Assembly: GCA_037131225.1 (NCBI GenBank)
Contig: JBAXRM010000001.1
Location: forward strand, 2,672 to 66,671
DNA: 64,000 bases
DNA from: Nostocales cyanobacterium ELA583
GTDB lineage: Bacteria > Cyanobacteriota > Cyanobacteriia > Cyanobacteriales > Nostocaceae
Direction of reading: 5' to 3'
A program made the position numbers and the translations under genes. Positions 1 to 10,298 of this stretch are shown piece after piece. Positions within the stretch are counted from its first letter, which is position 1; every line of letters starts with the position of its first letter. Under the pieces are notes generated by a model. It had not been told where the DNA came from and ran no database searches. It worked only from the letters and a program-made list of their open reading frames with translations.

Positions 1-262
1 TGGTGTCTAAAGGTTGAAAACGAGTAAATGCACCCAACAAGGCTTTACCACCTCTAGGGTAATTCTGGACTAAAGTTTTTGGTTCAAAACAAGCATGAGT
101 AACGTTACAACGTCCCCCACCGGAAATCAGCACTTTCGCCAAAGGTTGACGACTAGCTTCGATTAAAGTAACTTTGGCTTGGGGATTAGCTTCAGCACAA
201 GCGATCGCGCCAAAAAATCCTGCGGCCCCACCACCGATAACTACAATTTGCAAGGGTAACAA
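1..262 (-). CDS. NAD(P)/FAD-dependent oxidoreductase, HI0933/BaiN-like flavoprotein (N-terminal part; the gene runs off the left edge)
   Basis: Reverse translation from 253 downward gives [84 protein letters not shown]. It has a GxGxxG dinucleotide fold and the SGGGRCNxT motif of this family. The start is probably TTG at 251-253 or 260-262. It is absent from the ORF track because it is partial and lacks an ATG. Confidence 0.7.
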   Translation of the reverse strand, partial: MLPLQIVVIGGGAAGFFGAIACAEANPQAKVTLIEASRQPLAKVLISGGGRCNVTHACFEPKTLVQNYPRGGKALLGAFTRFQPLDT

Positions 263-311
263 CTTTAAAAATTTCTTAATAGCACCTACTTAACTAGAGT
301 AGCTGTTATTT

Positions 312-476
312 TCACTCTTCCACCGCTTCAAAGTCTTCTTTGGCTATACCACAAACAGGACAAACCCAATCATCTGGAATATCTTCAAAAGCTGTTCCTG
401 GTTCTATGCCACTATCAGAATCGCCTACTTCGGGGTCATATACATAGCCACATACGGTACATATATATTTTTTCAT
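312..476 (-). CDS. rubredoxin (54 aa, soluble type)
   Basis: Reverse strand reads ATG(476-474)...TGA(314-312) = [54 protein letters not shown]. Both CxxCG iron-binding knuckles are present. It falls below the ORF-track size cutoff. Confidence 0.85.
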   Translation of the reverse strand: MKKYICTVCGYVYDPEVGDSDSGIEPGTAFEDIPDDWVCPVCGIAKEDFEAVEE

Positions 477-591
477 TTTTGTCCCTCTTAAGAATTAATT
501 CAAAAACGTTGTATTATTAGAACCTTTTCTGATATTGATTAAAACATGAAAACTTGATCACAGGGCTGAGAATACTCAAAACACATAAGTT

Positions 592-1197
592 ATGAATCAT
601 CAAAATTTCCAGAATAAATCTATCAAGTTTGTACAAGCTTCTCTGGCTGCCGCTGCACTGATGATAGCTTCTGTTGGGCCTGCCTTTGCTGACAGCAAAG
701 TTAAAATCGTAGGTGCAGGATATGGTGGTAATGGTTGCCCTGAAGGATCTGCTAGTGTAAACGTTAGTCCCGATGGTCAAGAGCTAAGTATTCTATTTGA
801 TCAATTTATCGCTTTGGGGAATAAATCATCAGAAGCACGCAAAAGCTGTAATTTGAGCATTCCTATTCAAGTACCCCAAGGGTTTCAAATTTCCCTCTCC
901 GATGCTGATTATCGGGGCTATGTTGCTCCCGATACCACTGGGAAACTAAGAGCAGAATACTTTTTTGCTGGTCAGCGTGGCCCCGTCTTTTCTAGAACAT
1001 TTAAAGGGGAAACTGAGTACAACGTTCGAGATAAATTAGTGACTGTAGGTGATGTCTGGTCAGCCTGTGGTGATAGTGTAAATATGCGGGTGAATGCTGC
1101 GATGATCGCTAGTGGTCAAGGGATGGCCACTGTTGACTCTTTTGATCTCGCCCATCGCGGTTTAGTTTACCACGTGAAATATCGTCAGTGTCGGTAA
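592..1197 (+). CDS. secreted DUF4360-family protein
   Basis: N-terminal signal peptide (LAAAALMIASVGPAFA). The pattern GAGYGGNGCPEGSASV...LFDQFIA...RKSCNLSIPIQVPQGFQ...DADYRGY matches what I recall for DUF4360. Confidence 0.65.
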   Translation: MNHQNFQNKSIKFVQASLAAAALMIASVGPAFADSKVKIVGAGYGGNGCPEGSASVNVSPDGQELSILFDQFIALGNKSSEARKSCNLSIPIQVPQGFQISLSDADYRGYVAPDTTGKLRAEYFFAGQRGPVFSRTFKGETEYNVRDKLVTVGDVWSACGDSVNMRVNAAMIASGQGMATVDSFDLAHRGLVYHVKYRQCR

Positions 1198-1206
1198 TTA
1201 ATACTG

Positions 1207-1232
1207 ACTCCTCGCTTTTTCAAGCGAGGAGT
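1207..1232 (+). terminator. hairpin after the DUF4360 gene
   Basis: A 9-bp stem (actcctcgc / gcgaggagt) with an 8-nt loop starts 10 nt after the stop. There is no strong T-run. Confidence 0.45.
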
Positions 1233-1454
1233 TGATAACCCACATTCAGCATGAGTAAATATACTCAAAATATTTTTCCCAGCAGGTTATTTTGTCAAAA
1301 AAAGAATTTCATAAAAAAGCTAAAACCCAGTCATAATAACCACTTCATGCTTTTTGCTATTTATGGAGGTATTCAATAAATTTAATCTCAAACCAACTGA
1401 TTTATTGACATTATTCTCAATAAGCTTGATTCTAGCTTTAGATAGATATGCGAT

Positions 1455-1476
1455 GGCTACGCCGCGCCGAAGGCAT
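1455..1476. repeat. 22-nt GC-rich insert splitting a HIP1-like site (GCGAT|...|CGC)
   Basis: Sequence reads atGCGAT-ggctacgccgcgccgaaggcat-CGCcc. The GC-rich patch is partly palindromic and sits in AT-rich intergenic DNA. It has the same architecture as the insert at 53472-53495. Confidence 0.35.
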
Positions 1477-1581
1477 CGCCCTAATATAGAATTGCGTATA
1501 ATTGTCTAAAAGCCTTATTATCATTGGGTTATGGATAATTCCGAAAAATCAAAAAACACCTGCGGAATGTGGGGATAATAA

Positions 1582-1726
1582 TAGGACTAGCCCTTTCAAA
1601 CTGACTAACGGAAATACATTGTTTTGACGATATCATCTTAAATCCTCTGCTCATATTTTGGTTTTTTGAAGGTGGAAACAACCAATCTTCGTGACAAATC
1701 TCACCACCTTGAAAGGGCTAGTCCTA
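1582..1726. repeat. MITE-like element bounded by perfect 18-bp inverted repeats
   Basis: TAGGACTAGCCCTTTCAA at 1582-1599 is the exact reverse complement of TTGAAAGGGCTAGTCCTA at 1709-1726. An inner pair ggtgg/ccacc is also present. No coding capacity. Confidence 0.5.
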
Positions 1727-1731
1727 TATAG

Positions 1732-1926
1732 TTAAAAACGCCACCATCTTCGTTGTAAGTAACTGAAAATTGCCAAAGAAATCGCGCCAAGAAATAGAAG
1801 CGTAATTACACCCCCAGGAAGGAAAGTAATAATACCCAATCCTCTAAATATAAATAAGGATGCACTTATACCCAGAAGAATGCCAAAACCCTGCATTAAC
1901 TTGCCATTTAAAGAAGATTGACTCAC
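1732..1926 (-). CDS. small membrane protein (64 aa, two hydrophobic segments)
   Basis: The ORF has two clear hydrophobic stretches (GFGILLGISASLFIF, FLPGGVITLLFLGAISLAIFSYL) and a basic C-terminus. No family recognised. Confidence 0.4.
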   Translation of the reverse strand: MSQSSLNGKLMQGFGILLGISASLFIFRGLGIITFLPGGVITLLFLGAISLAIFSYLQRRWWRF

Positions 1927-2122
1927 TGTTTTTCCTGTTAACTCTAATTTATGGTGGATGTGGAAATAGGTATTCCATCCTTGTGAAGATGAACTTAAAC
2001 CTGATTATCTGCGAAAACTTCATGAATTGAACTGTAATTAGAATTAAGTGAGCTAAACTCAATGGGATAATTCCAGTTAATCAGTTAAAAAGTTACCAAA
2101 ATCACTATATCTGCATTATATT

Positions 2123-2689
2123 ATGTCAACTTCAAATCTTAAAAATCTGGATTACCCCACATTACCTTTATCCGATACCCTCTGGAATCAAGATCAGCAA
2201 AGATCACTAATGCAGGGGGAAGTATTGGTAAAAACGCGATCGCATACTAACTGGGGTGGTGCGGTTACCGCTTGGATATATATCCCCCTTCTCAGATCCC
2301 ATGTCTGGCATCAAATTACAGATTATCCCCGTTGGGTACAATATTTTCCTAATCTCACCCAGAGCGAAGTTATATCCAAGGGAGATGTTAAACGTCTGTA
2401 TCAAGTTGGACAAAAAGCCTTGTTCTTTTTCACGGCCCAAGTAGAAATTTATCTAAGTGTGGTAGAAGTATTAGAGCAGCAAATCCAGTTTCGCATGGAA
2501 GGAGGCTCATTTACAGATTTTCAGGCCAGTTTAGAACTCAAAGACATGGGAAATGGTACTTTATTATCCTATACCGTACAAGCCACCCCAAACATTCCCA
2601 TCCCCTCAATTTTTATTGAACAAGTAATCAATTTGGAATTACCAGCAAATCTATGTAAAATGCGACAGGTGCTTTGTAATCATCAATAA
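2123..2689 (+). CDS. SRPBCC / cyclase-dehydrase family protein
   Basis: 188-aa ORF whose size and pattern (W..ITDY.RW..YFP.L..SEV...G) are typical of cyanobacterial cyclase/dehydrase-annotated proteins. It lies 5 nt upstream of the next gene. Confidence 0.55.
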   Translation: MSTSNLKNLDYPTLPLSDTLWNQDQQRSLMQGEVLVKTRSHTNWGGAVTAWIYIPLLRSHVWHQITDYPRWVQYFPNLTQSEVISKGDVKRLYQVGQKALFFFTAQVEIYLSVVEVLEQQIQFRMEGGSFTDFQASLELKDMGNGTLLSYTVQATPNIPIPSIFIEQVINLELPANLCKMRQVLCNHQ

Positions 2690-2694
2690 TAGCA

Positions 2695-3270
2695 ATGTCA
2701 CAGGCAACTACTATTTTAGATTTTTGGTTTGGTCATCTAAATGACCCAAATTATGGGAAAATTCAACCATTTTGGTTTGAAAAATCACCAGATTTCGATG
2801 CTAAAGTCCGCGACCTTTTTCTGGAAGATTACCAAAAAGCGGTAGCAGGATATTTACATGATTGGATGAACTCACCAGAAACCTGTTTAGCTTTAATTCT
2901 ATTGCTAGATCAATTTCCCCGCAATATGTTTCGTGATACTCCAGAAGCCTTTGCAACTGACTGGGAAGCACTATCATTAGCTCAACACGCAACAAGTCAG
3001 GGCTATGACCGTAAACTACTCTCTGTGCAACGCTGGTTCATATATTTACCCTTTGAACACAGTGAAAACCCACTTGATCAGCGCAAGTGCATTAAGCTAT
3101 TTCAACAACTTAGCCATGACCCTGATAGTGCAAAAGCGATTGAATCAGCTTTTCGACATAAAGAAATAATTGCCCGATTTGGTCGCTTTCCTCACCGGAA
3201 CGCCATTTTAGGACGCGTCTCTACTCCAGAAGAAGAGGAGTTTTTAGAAGAACCTGGGTCTTCATTTTAA
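2695..3270 (+). CDS. DUF924 family protein
   Basis: ILDFWFG..., LILLLDQFPRNMFRDTPEAFATD, YLPFEHSE and IIARFGRFPHRNAILGRVSTPEEEEFLEEPGSSF are the conserved blocks of DUF924. Confidence 0.8.
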   Translation: MSQATTILDFWFGHLNDPNYGKIQPFWFEKSPDFDAKVRDLFLEDYQKAVAGYLHDWMNSPETCLALILLLDQFPRNMFRDTPEAFATDWEALSLAQHATSQGYDRKLLSVQRWFIYLPFEHSENPLDQRKCIKLFQQLSHDPDSAKAIESAFRHKEIIARFGRFPHRNAILGRVSTPEEEEFLEEPGSSF

Positions 3271-3620
3271 GTTGGAGATTGGGTTATTTTCCCCCGTACC
3301 CTATGTGGGTTTAAAACTGTTAATTCTCTATGAGTATGTGTTTCGGTAGCATACATTAGCCTCATAGGGAAGTTTTGTTTGCATATCTGCCAGTAAAAGT
3401 TTTAATTTGTCCAGGCACAAAGCATTAAGTCAGGGGATTATTTCCACAACTCCCTTTTTTAGTGCGCTGCTTTCTCTAAATCGTGCTTAATTTTACTAAA
3501 AATCTTTTAATCTACGTCTTTAGATAGATGACATGAGTTTGATAAACTTTTAAAATCACTTGGCTTTTGTATTATTGAATACAGAGAATTTTAGTCTAGT
3601 TATTCTAGCTACATTTTTCA

Positions 3621-3745
3621 TTAGTCCACGGAGGTGGACTTCGTTTGTGTAAACGCGGTTTCTAACCGCCCGTTTAACTATTTATGCCAAAGTAGTCGGT
3701 TTTAACCGACTTTAGCTTTTAGACAGGGAATTTATTCCCTGGCTT
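3621..3745. repeat. cluster of short hairpin repeats downstream of clpB (dispersed family, see 29422-29524)
   Basis: Consecutive hairpins: agtccac-ggag-gtggact, gcggtt-tct-aaccgc, agtcggtt-tt-aaccgact and cagggaa-ttta-ttccctg. The first about 50 nt recur at 29422-29453 (inverted) and 29475-29522 (direct). They may also act as the clpB terminator. Confidence 0.5.
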
Positions 3746-3761
3746 GAAGGGACTCTCAAGT

Positions 3762-6380
3762 CTAACCTGTAAACACCTCCGCAGGTAAGCGATTAAAGGC
3801 AAGACGCTCATTTTGTACATCTACAAAAATGGTGTCACCGTCGCTGAAATCACCGCGTAAAATGGCTTTGGCTATTTGGGTTTCTAGTTCCCGCTGAATA
3901 GCTCTTTTTAATGGCCTTGCCCCAAAAACGGGATCGTATCCTACCTCTGCCAAAAAGTCAAGAGCAGCACTGGATAATTTCAAAGCCATTTTCCTATCAG
4001 TTAATCTTTGTCTGAGTCTATCTACTTGTAATTGAACAATATTCCGTAATTCTGATTTCTGTAAACTGTGGAAAATAATCAGTTCATCAAGACGGTTTAA
4101 AAACTCTGGCCGGAAACTATTTCGCATCGCTTCCATAACTCGACTACGCATTTCATCGTAACGGCTATCGTCTCCAGATATATCTAAGATGTATTGAGAA
4201 CCGATGTTACTGGTCATGATGATGATGCTATTTTTAAAGTCTACTGTCCGACCTTGGGCATCTGTGACTCTACCATCATCGAGAATTTGCAGGAAAATAT
4301 TAAATACGTCGGGGTGAGCTTTTTCGATTTCATCAAATAAAATCACCGCATAGGGACGACGACGAATGGCTTCGGTAAGTTGTCCTCCTTCTTCATAACC
4401 AACATATCCCGGAGGCGCACCGATTAAACGAGAAACGGCGTGTTTCTCCATATATTCGGACATATCAATCCGTACTAACGACTCCTCTGTATCGAACATA
4501 TAGGAGGCTAAGGCTTTAGCAAGTTCGGTTTTACCAACACCTGTGGGACCAAGGAAGACAAAACTAGCAATGGGACGGTTGGGGTCAGAAAGTCCAGCGC
4601 GAGAACGTTGAATGGCATCTGCTACAGCGGTAACGGCTTCTTGTTGACCGATGACCCGATGATGTAATTCATCTTCTAAATGGAGGAGTTTTTCTTTTTC
4701 TGATTCCACTAATTTATTCAGAGGAATTCCTGTCCATTTAGAAATAATTTCCGCAATATCGGCTTCTGTAACTTCTTCTCGTAATAGAGATTTTCCAGTT
4801 CCTTGGGTGTGGGAAAGTTCAGTTTCTACGGCTTGTAATTGCCGATGTAAGTCTGTTAATTTACCATATTTTAATTCCGCAGCCCGGTTAAGATCGTAGT
4901 TTCTTTCTGTTTGTTGAATTTCTAGATTAACTCGGTCAATTTCTTCTTTAATTGATTGAATTTTGGTGATAATACCTTTTTCAGATTGCCATTGTGTGCT
5001 GAGAGTTCTTTGTTCTTCTTTGAGGTCTGCGAGTTCTTTTTCTAATCTTTCTAAACGTTCACGGGAAGCGAGATCACTTTCTTTTTGTAAGGAAAGTTTT
5101 TCCATTTCCAATTGGAGGATTTTTCGATCTATTTCGTCTAGTTCTTCGGGTTTGGATGTAATCTCCATTTTCAGTCTAGCAGCGGCTTCGTCTACTAAAT
5201 CAATGGCTTTGTCAGGGAGAAAGCGATCGCTAATATAACGATTAGACAAAGTAGCCGCAGCAACTAGAGAACTATCAGAAATTCTTACCCCATGATGCAC
5301 TTCATAACGTTCTTTTAAACCGCGTAAAATCGAAATTGTATCAACAACGTTAGGCTGATCTACATAAACTTGTTGAAAGCGTCTTTCTAAAGCGGCATCT
5401 TTTTCTAAATATTTGCGGTATTCATCCAAAGTTGTCGCCCCAATACAGCGTAATTCACCTCGCGCTAACATCGGTTTTAATAAGTTCCCAGCATCCATAG
5501 ATCCTTGGGTTGCACCTGCACCAACAACGGTATGAATTTCATCAATAAATAAAACAATATTTCCGCCCGATTCTGTGACTTCTTTTAATACTGCTTTGAG
5601 ACGTTCTTCAAATTCACCTCGGAATTTTGCTCCTGCAATTAAAGCCCCCATATCTAAACTAATCAGTTTGCGATCTTTAAGAGATTGGGGAACATCACCC
5701 GCAACAATGCGTTGTGCTAGACCTTCGGCGATCGCAGTTTTTCCCACTCCAGGTTCACCAATTAAAACCGGGTTATTTTTAGTTCTGCGGGAGAGAATTT
5801 GTACCGTGCGCCGGATTTCATCATCACGACCAATTACGGGGTCTAATTGACCTTTACGAGCGGCTTCAGTGAGATCTCGTCCGTATTTTTCCAGTGCTTG
5901 ATATTTACCTTCTGGATTCTGGTCTGTCACTTTTTGCTTCCCCCGAATTTCTTTAATAATATTTTTGAGTTTGTTTTCGTCTAAACCAAATTCTTGGCAT
6001 AAACCCTTTCCAAAACGGTCATCCTTGGCGTAACCCAGCAGTAAATGTTCAATAGAAATATATTCGTCTTTAAATTCCTGACGATATTTTTCTGCCCGGT
6101 CTAATAGTGCATCTAAACTCCGTCCTAAATAAACAGAAGTGCTATTACCAGATACCTTGGGTTGACGTTGGATAAATTGCTCGGTGCGATCTCGGACTTT
6201 TTGTACAGTTGCGCCAGCTTTGGTGAAAATCGCGCTGGCCAGTCCTTCCTGTTCTAGCAAACCTTTCATCAGATGTTCACTTTCTAACTGCTGTTGGTGG
6301 TACTGTTTAGCGACATCAGGGGTATGGGCGATTGCTTCCCAGGCTTTTTCTGTAAATTGATCAGGGTTAGTCGGCTGCAT
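3762..6380 (-). CDS. clpB: ATP-dependent chaperone ClpB
   Basis: 872 aa with an N-domain, two AAA+ modules with Walker A ([16 protein letters not shown]) and a long coiled-coil middle domain. Strong match to ClpB. Confidence 0.95.
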   Translation of the reverse strand: MQPTNPDQFTEKAWEAIAHTPDVAKQYHQQQLESEHLMKGLLEQEGLASAIFTKAGATVQKVRDRTEQFIQRQPKVSGNSTSVYLGRSLDALLDRAEKYRQEFKDEYISIEHLLLGYAKDDRFGKGLCQEFGLDENKLKNIIKEIRGKQKVTDQNPEGKYQALEKYGRDLTEAARKGQLDPVIGRDDEIRRTVQILSRRTKNNPVLIGEPGVGKTAIAEGLAQRIVAGDVPQSLKDRKLISLDMGALIAGAKFRGEFEERLKAVLKEVTESGGNIVLFIDEIHTVVGAGATQGSMDAGNLLKPMLARGELRCIGATTLDEYRKYLEKDAALERRFQQVYVDQPNVVDTISILRGLKERYEVHHGVRISDSSLVAAATLSNRYISDRFLPDKAIDLVDEAAARLKMEITSKPEELDEIDRKILQLEMEKLSLQKESDLASRERLERLEKELADLKEEQRTLSTQWQSEKGIITKIQSIKEEIDRVNLEIQQTERNYDLNRAAELKYGKLTDLHRQLQAVETELSHTQGTGKSLLREEVTEADIAEIISKWTGIPLNKLVESEKEKLLHLEDELHHRVIGQQEAVTAVADAIQRSRAGLSDPNRPIASFVFLGPTGVGKTELAKALASYMFDTEESLVRIDMSEYMEKHAVSRLIGAPPGYVGYEEGGQLTEAIRRRPYAVILFDEIEKAHPDVFNIFLQILDDGRVTDAQGRTVDFKNSIIIMTSNIGSQYILDISGDDSRYDEMRSRVMEAMRNSFRPEFLNRLDELIIFHSLQKSELRNIVQLQVDRLRQRLTDRKMALKLSSAALDFLAEVGYDPVFGARPLKRAIQRELETQIAKAILRGDFSDGDTIFVDVQNERLAFNRLPAEVFTG

Positions 6381-6716
6381 AAGCTTTTAGAATAACAAAC
6401 TACTGTCTAATGAGATCATTGTAAAAATATCTGGGGTAATAGCTAGATCGGTCTTCACATCTGTAAAATGTAGTATTATTGCCCAATCTGGAGTAACTAA
6501 GCAGATATATTTTTCAACGCTCTTTTATTAGTGAAAAATGGGAAGATATTCCTAACGTATTCTATGCAACCATCAATTCTAGATCATGTACGCAGGAATG
6601 CTAAACAGATAAGTTTTTTTAATCGCCTATTTGGAAAAATTGTCATTTCTCAATAAGCGGGGGTTGAGAATGTCGTCAATAATTTAACGAGATTTCAACT
6701 TTCTAGCAATTGATTA

Positions 6717-6744
6717 TTGACATGGTTTCAGTTTATGGTATATT
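6717..6744 (+). promoter_or_regulatory. candidate sigma70-type promoter
   Basis: TTGACA (6717-6722), a 16-nt spacer, then TATATT (6739-6744). It sits about 215 nt upstream of the 6958 ORF. Sequence match only. Confidence 0.25.
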
Positions 6745-6957
6745 GGACTTATAATTGAACGGTATTGTTCTGTCAAGTTATAATTATCAAAGTTTTTCTA
6801 TTGATGTTTATATTTTAGATACTTTTTTTGTAGGAACTTCTACAAATACACGAACGCGGATAAATACAGATAAGGATGTGTCAACCCCACCATATAGAGG
6901 TATGGGGAATTAGGCAAATATGTTAAACTTTTAAAAAAGCGCAGTCAGATTGGTGAT

Positions 6958-7614
6958 ATGGCAATTCAGTCAACAGCAGGAATTTTATTCCAAACTGCTT
7001 ATGAACGTCGTTACACTTGGGATGAAAGTTTTCCTGGTTATTCTGCCGACGTGCAACTGCTACAGGAAAACGAAGTTTATACTGGTAAAATTCAAATTGA
7101 TCGTAACTTGAATGTAGAAATTACAGGAGTTGCAGATAAACAAATAGAAGTAGGAATTGGTATTCAGTTACAGGAAATAGTTACCCGCTGTCAAAAAGCC
7201 AATTTTCAAACTTCTTATAGTCAACATGAGTTTAGTTTAGGTGAGACAGCAGAAAAAGATGCAGTCACAGTTTTTATTAAAAGTGAAACTACTGATTCTT
7301 ACTATCAAATCTGTAACCAAAAAATATATCAAGAAATTCGGGTCATGGGTCGGATGGCTTTGGAGATTAATTCTCAGGAATTCCTAGATACAGACTCCGG
7401 TTATGTCCCTTCTGCATATCATGTAGTTTTTCGGAATTCGCAAACAAGTGATGTCAATAGCATTCTCAAGTTTACGGATACATATCAAAAAATTGGTGCT
7501 TATTACATTTTAACAAAGCAGGTAGTCGCAGAATATGAAGATGGGAAGATTGAAACTCCTCAATCAATTACTGAGTTTGTTTATTCCAATATTCAGCTCC
7601 TGACAACTGACTAA
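6958..7614 (+). CDS. conserved cyanobacterial/plastid-lineage protein, DUF3386-like
   Basis: The N-terminal block FQTAYERRYTWDESFPGYSADVQL resembles DUF3386 proteins as I recall them. Not verified. Confidence 0.5.
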   Translation: MAIQSTAGILFQTAYERRYTWDESFPGYSADVQLLQENEVYTGKIQIDRNLNVEITGVADKQIEVGIGIQLQEIVTRCQKANFQTSYSQHEFSLGETAEKDAVTVFIKSETTDSYYQICNQKIYQEIRVMGRMALEINSQEFLDTDSGYVPSAYHVVFRNSQTSDVNSILKFTDTYQKIGAYYILTKQVVAEYEDGKIETPQSITEFVYSNIQLLTTD

Positions 7615-7698
7615 TGACCAATTATCCATTCCCAGCCTAAACTAGATCATTAGCAACTTGAATAATTCCCAATTTATTAACTAAACAGGTCTGAGATT

Positions 7699-7929
7699 AT
7701 GGAACTAACGATAGCGAATGTAGAAACAGTATTAGATGAAATGCGTCCTTATCTCATCTCTGATGGTGGTAACGTAGAAATTGTAGAATTGGACGGGCCT
7801 ATTGTGAAAGTCCGGTTACAGGGTGCTTGTGGTTCTTGTCCTAGTTCAACCATGACTCTGAAAATGGGTATTGAACGCCGTCTCAAGGAAATGATTCCTG
7901 AAATCGCTGAAGTCGAACAAGTTATCTAA
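7699..7929 (+). CDS. NifU-like (Nfu-type) Fe-S cluster scaffold/carrier
   Basis: 76 aa with [45 protein letters not shown], the NifU C-terminal domain with its CxxC. Confidence 0.85.
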   Translation: MELTIANVETVLDEMRPYLISDGGNVEIVELDGPIVKVRLQGACGSCPSSTMTLKMGIERRLKEMIPEIAEVEQVI

Positions 7930-7935
7930 ATTACT

Positions 7936-8047
7936 GGTAATGGGTTATTAGTCATTAGTCATTGGTCATTAGTCATTAGTTAAGATATGCCAATTACCAA
8001 TTACCAATTACCAATTACCCATTACCAATTACCCATTACCCATTACC
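7936..8047. repeat. STRR-like heptamer arrays: (ATTAGTC/ATTGGTC)x5 and (CCAATTA/CCCATTA)x8
   Basis: Array 1 spans 7947-7981 and array 2 spans 7990-8047. The left flank ggtaatgggt (7936-7945) is complementary to the CCCATTACC units. The unit TTGGTCA is one of the classical Nostocaceae STRR heptamers. Confidence 0.85.
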
Positions 8048-8060
8048 TATTTTCGATATT

Positions 8061-10295
8061 ATGTCTCATCCTTTGCACGTTGCGTTTATCTGGCATCAAC
8101 ACCAACCGTTGTACAAGTCTCCTGAGAATGGTAGTTCGCTGGTAACTAGTCAGCAGTATCGCTTGCCTTGGGTACGTTTACATGGAACTAAGGATTATTT
8201 AGATTTAGTATTATTGTTGGAGAAGTATCCTAAGTTGCATCAAACGGTAAACTTAGTACCTTCGTTAATATTGCAAATAGAAGATTATGTTGCAGGTACG
8301 GCTTTTGACCCTTATTTAACTGCTAGTTTGACTCCTGTAGAAAAGTTAACTCGTGAACAAAAAGAGTTTATTATTCAACACTTCTTTGATGCTAACCATC
8401 ATACTTTAATTGATCCTCACCCTCGTTATGCTCAGTTATATTACCAAAGACAAGAGCAGGGACAAAGTTGGTGTTTAGCAAATTGGCAGTTGTCGGATTA
8501 TGGTGATTTACTAGCTTGGCATAATTTAGCTTGGATTGATCCTTTGTTCTGGAATGACCCGGAAATTGCAGCTTGGTTAGAACAAGGACGTAATTTTAGT
8601 TTAGGCGATCGCCAGCGCATTTATTCCAAACAACGGCAAATTCTCAGTCAGATTATTCCCCAACATCGGAAAATGCAGAAAAGTGGACAACTGGAAGTTA
8701 CCACCACACCCTATACTCACCCAATTTTGCCTTTATTAGCTGATACTAATGCCGGACGGGTAGCTGTACCACAGATGACACTACCTAAACAGCATTTTCA
8801 GTGGGTGGAAGATATCCCCAGACATTTACAAAAATCCTGGGATTTATATATAGATAGGTTTAGACAAGATCCAAGAGGTTTATGGCCTTCCGAACAGTCC
8901 GTTAGCCCAGAAATTTTACCGTATATTATTAAACAAGGCTTTAAGTGGATTTGCTCAGATGAAGCAGTTTTAGGTTGGTCATTAAAACACTTTTTTCATC
9001 GTGACGCAGCAGGAAATGTCCAGCAACCAGAATTGCTATATCGTCCCTATCGTCTACAAACTCCAGCAGGTGAAGTGGCGATTGTTTTCCGTGATCATAG
9101 ACTATCAGATTTAATTGGTTTTACATACAGCGCCATGCCGGCGAAAAAAGCAGCAGCAGATTTAGTGGGACATTTGCAAGCTATAGCGAAACAACAAAAA
9201 GAAAGTAATGATGATCAACCTTGGTTAGTGACAATTGCCCTCGATGGGGAAAATTGTTGGGAATTTTATCCCCACGACGGGAAAGACTTCTTGGAAACAT
9301 TGTATGAAAGTTTGAGTAATGAACCGCATATCAAACTTGTCACCGTTTCCGAATTTATTGATAAGTTTCCCCCCACCGCAACTATTCCCGGTGAACAACT
9401 CCATAGCGGTTCTTGGGTAGATGGTAATTTTACCACATGGATTGGAGATCCAGTCAAAAATCGTGCGTGGGATTATCTCACCGCAGCAAGACAAGTCTTA
9501 GCAAATCATCCTGAAGCCACAGAAGAAAACAACCCCGCAGCTTGGGAAGCCTTATATGCGGCTGAAGGTTCGGACTGGTTTTGGTGGTTTGGAGAAGGAC
9601 ATTCTTCTAACCAAGATGCCATTTTTGACCAATTATTTCGAGAACATCTCTATGGCATTTACAAAGCCTTAAATGAACCCATACCCCCATATCTGCACAG
9701 TCCCCTAGAAATCCATGAAGCCCGTTCAGACCATAGACCAGAAGGCTTTATTCATCCGATTATAGATGGTAAAGGTGATGAACAGGATTGGGACAAAGCT
9801 GGACGCATAGAAGTTGGTGGGGCAAGGGGAACAATGCACAACAGCAGCGTCATTCAGAAGCTCTGGTATGGAGTAGACCATTTAAATTTTTACGTGCGAG
9901 TAGATTTTAAAACTGGTGCTGTCCCCGGCAAGGATTTACCCGCAGATTTAAACCTACTTTGGTATTATCCAGATAAAACAATGGTGAATAGTTCCATACC
10001 TTTAGCTGAATTACCGGATACTGCACCTTTGAATTATCTATTTCATCATCATTTGCAAGTTAATTTACTCAGTCAATCGGTGCAGTTTAGAGTAGCAGGA
10101 GATAATCATTTATGGTATCCCCGTGCTACTCGCGCTCAAGCTACATTAGGTTCTTGCTTGGAAGTAGCAGTACCTTGGGCTGATTTGCAAGTCCCTCCAG
10201 ACTATCCTCTGCGGTTGATTTTGGTGTTATCTGATGATGGGTGTTTCTCTAGTTATGCACCGGAAAATGGCTTGATTCCGATTGATGTTCCTTAG
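8061..10295 (+). CDS. glycoside hydrolase family 57 protein (alpha-amylase/4-alpha-glucanotransferase-like)
   Basis: 744 aa. The N-terminal VAFIWHQHQPLYK, TTPYTHPILPLL, DGENCWE and WFWWFGE blocks are typical of GH57. Confidence 0.85.
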   Translation: MSHPLHVAFIWHQHQPLYKSPENGSSLVTSQQYRLPWVRLHGTKDYLDLVLLLEKYPKLHQTVNLVPSLILQIEDYVAGTAFDPYLTASLTPVEKLTREQKEFIIQHFFDANHHTLIDPHPRYAQLYYQRQEQGQSWCLANWQLSDYGDLLAWHNLAWIDPLFWNDPEIAAWLEQGRNFSLGDRQRIYSKQRQILSQIIPQHRKMQKSGQLEVTTTPYTHPILPLLADTNAGRVAVPQMTLPKQHFQWVEDIPRHLQKSWDLYIDRFRQDPRGLWPSEQSVSPEILPYIIKQGFKWICSDEAVLGWSLKHFFHRDAAGNVQQPELLYRPYRLQTPAGEVAIVFRDHRLSDLIGFTYSAMPAKKAAADLVGHLQAIAKQQKESNDDQPWLVTIALDGENCWEFYPHDGKDFLETLYESLSNEPHIKLVTVSEFIDKFPPTATIPGEQLHSGSWVDGNFTTWIGDPVKNRAWDYLTAARQVLANHPEATEENNPAAWEALYAAEGSDWFWWFGEGHSSNQDAIFDQLFREHLYGIYKALNEPIPPYLHSPLEIHEARSDHRPEGFIHPIIDGKGDEQDWDKAGRIEVGGARGTMHNSSVIQKLWYGVDHLNFYVRVDFKTGAVPGKDLPADLNLLWYYPDKTMVNSSIPLAELPDTAPLNYLFHHHLQVNLLSQSVQFRVAGDNHLWYPRATRAQATLGSCLEVAVPWADLQVPPDYPLRLILVLSDDGCFSSYAPENGLIPIDVP

Positions 10296-10298
10296 AGG

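Noticed and set aside
4963-5850. Track ORFs 4963-5238(+) and 5575-5850(+), 91 aa each
   Set aside because: They lie entirely antisense inside the well-supported clpB gene. The Ser/Arg-rich low-complexity translations are typical of shadow ORFs.
7936-8047. Could the tandem arrays here and at 14598, 42623, 49980, 53154 and 58190 be CRISPR arrays?
   Set aside because: The units are 7 nt and contiguous with no spacers. No cas genes are present. They are STRR-type heptamer repeats, not CRISPR.
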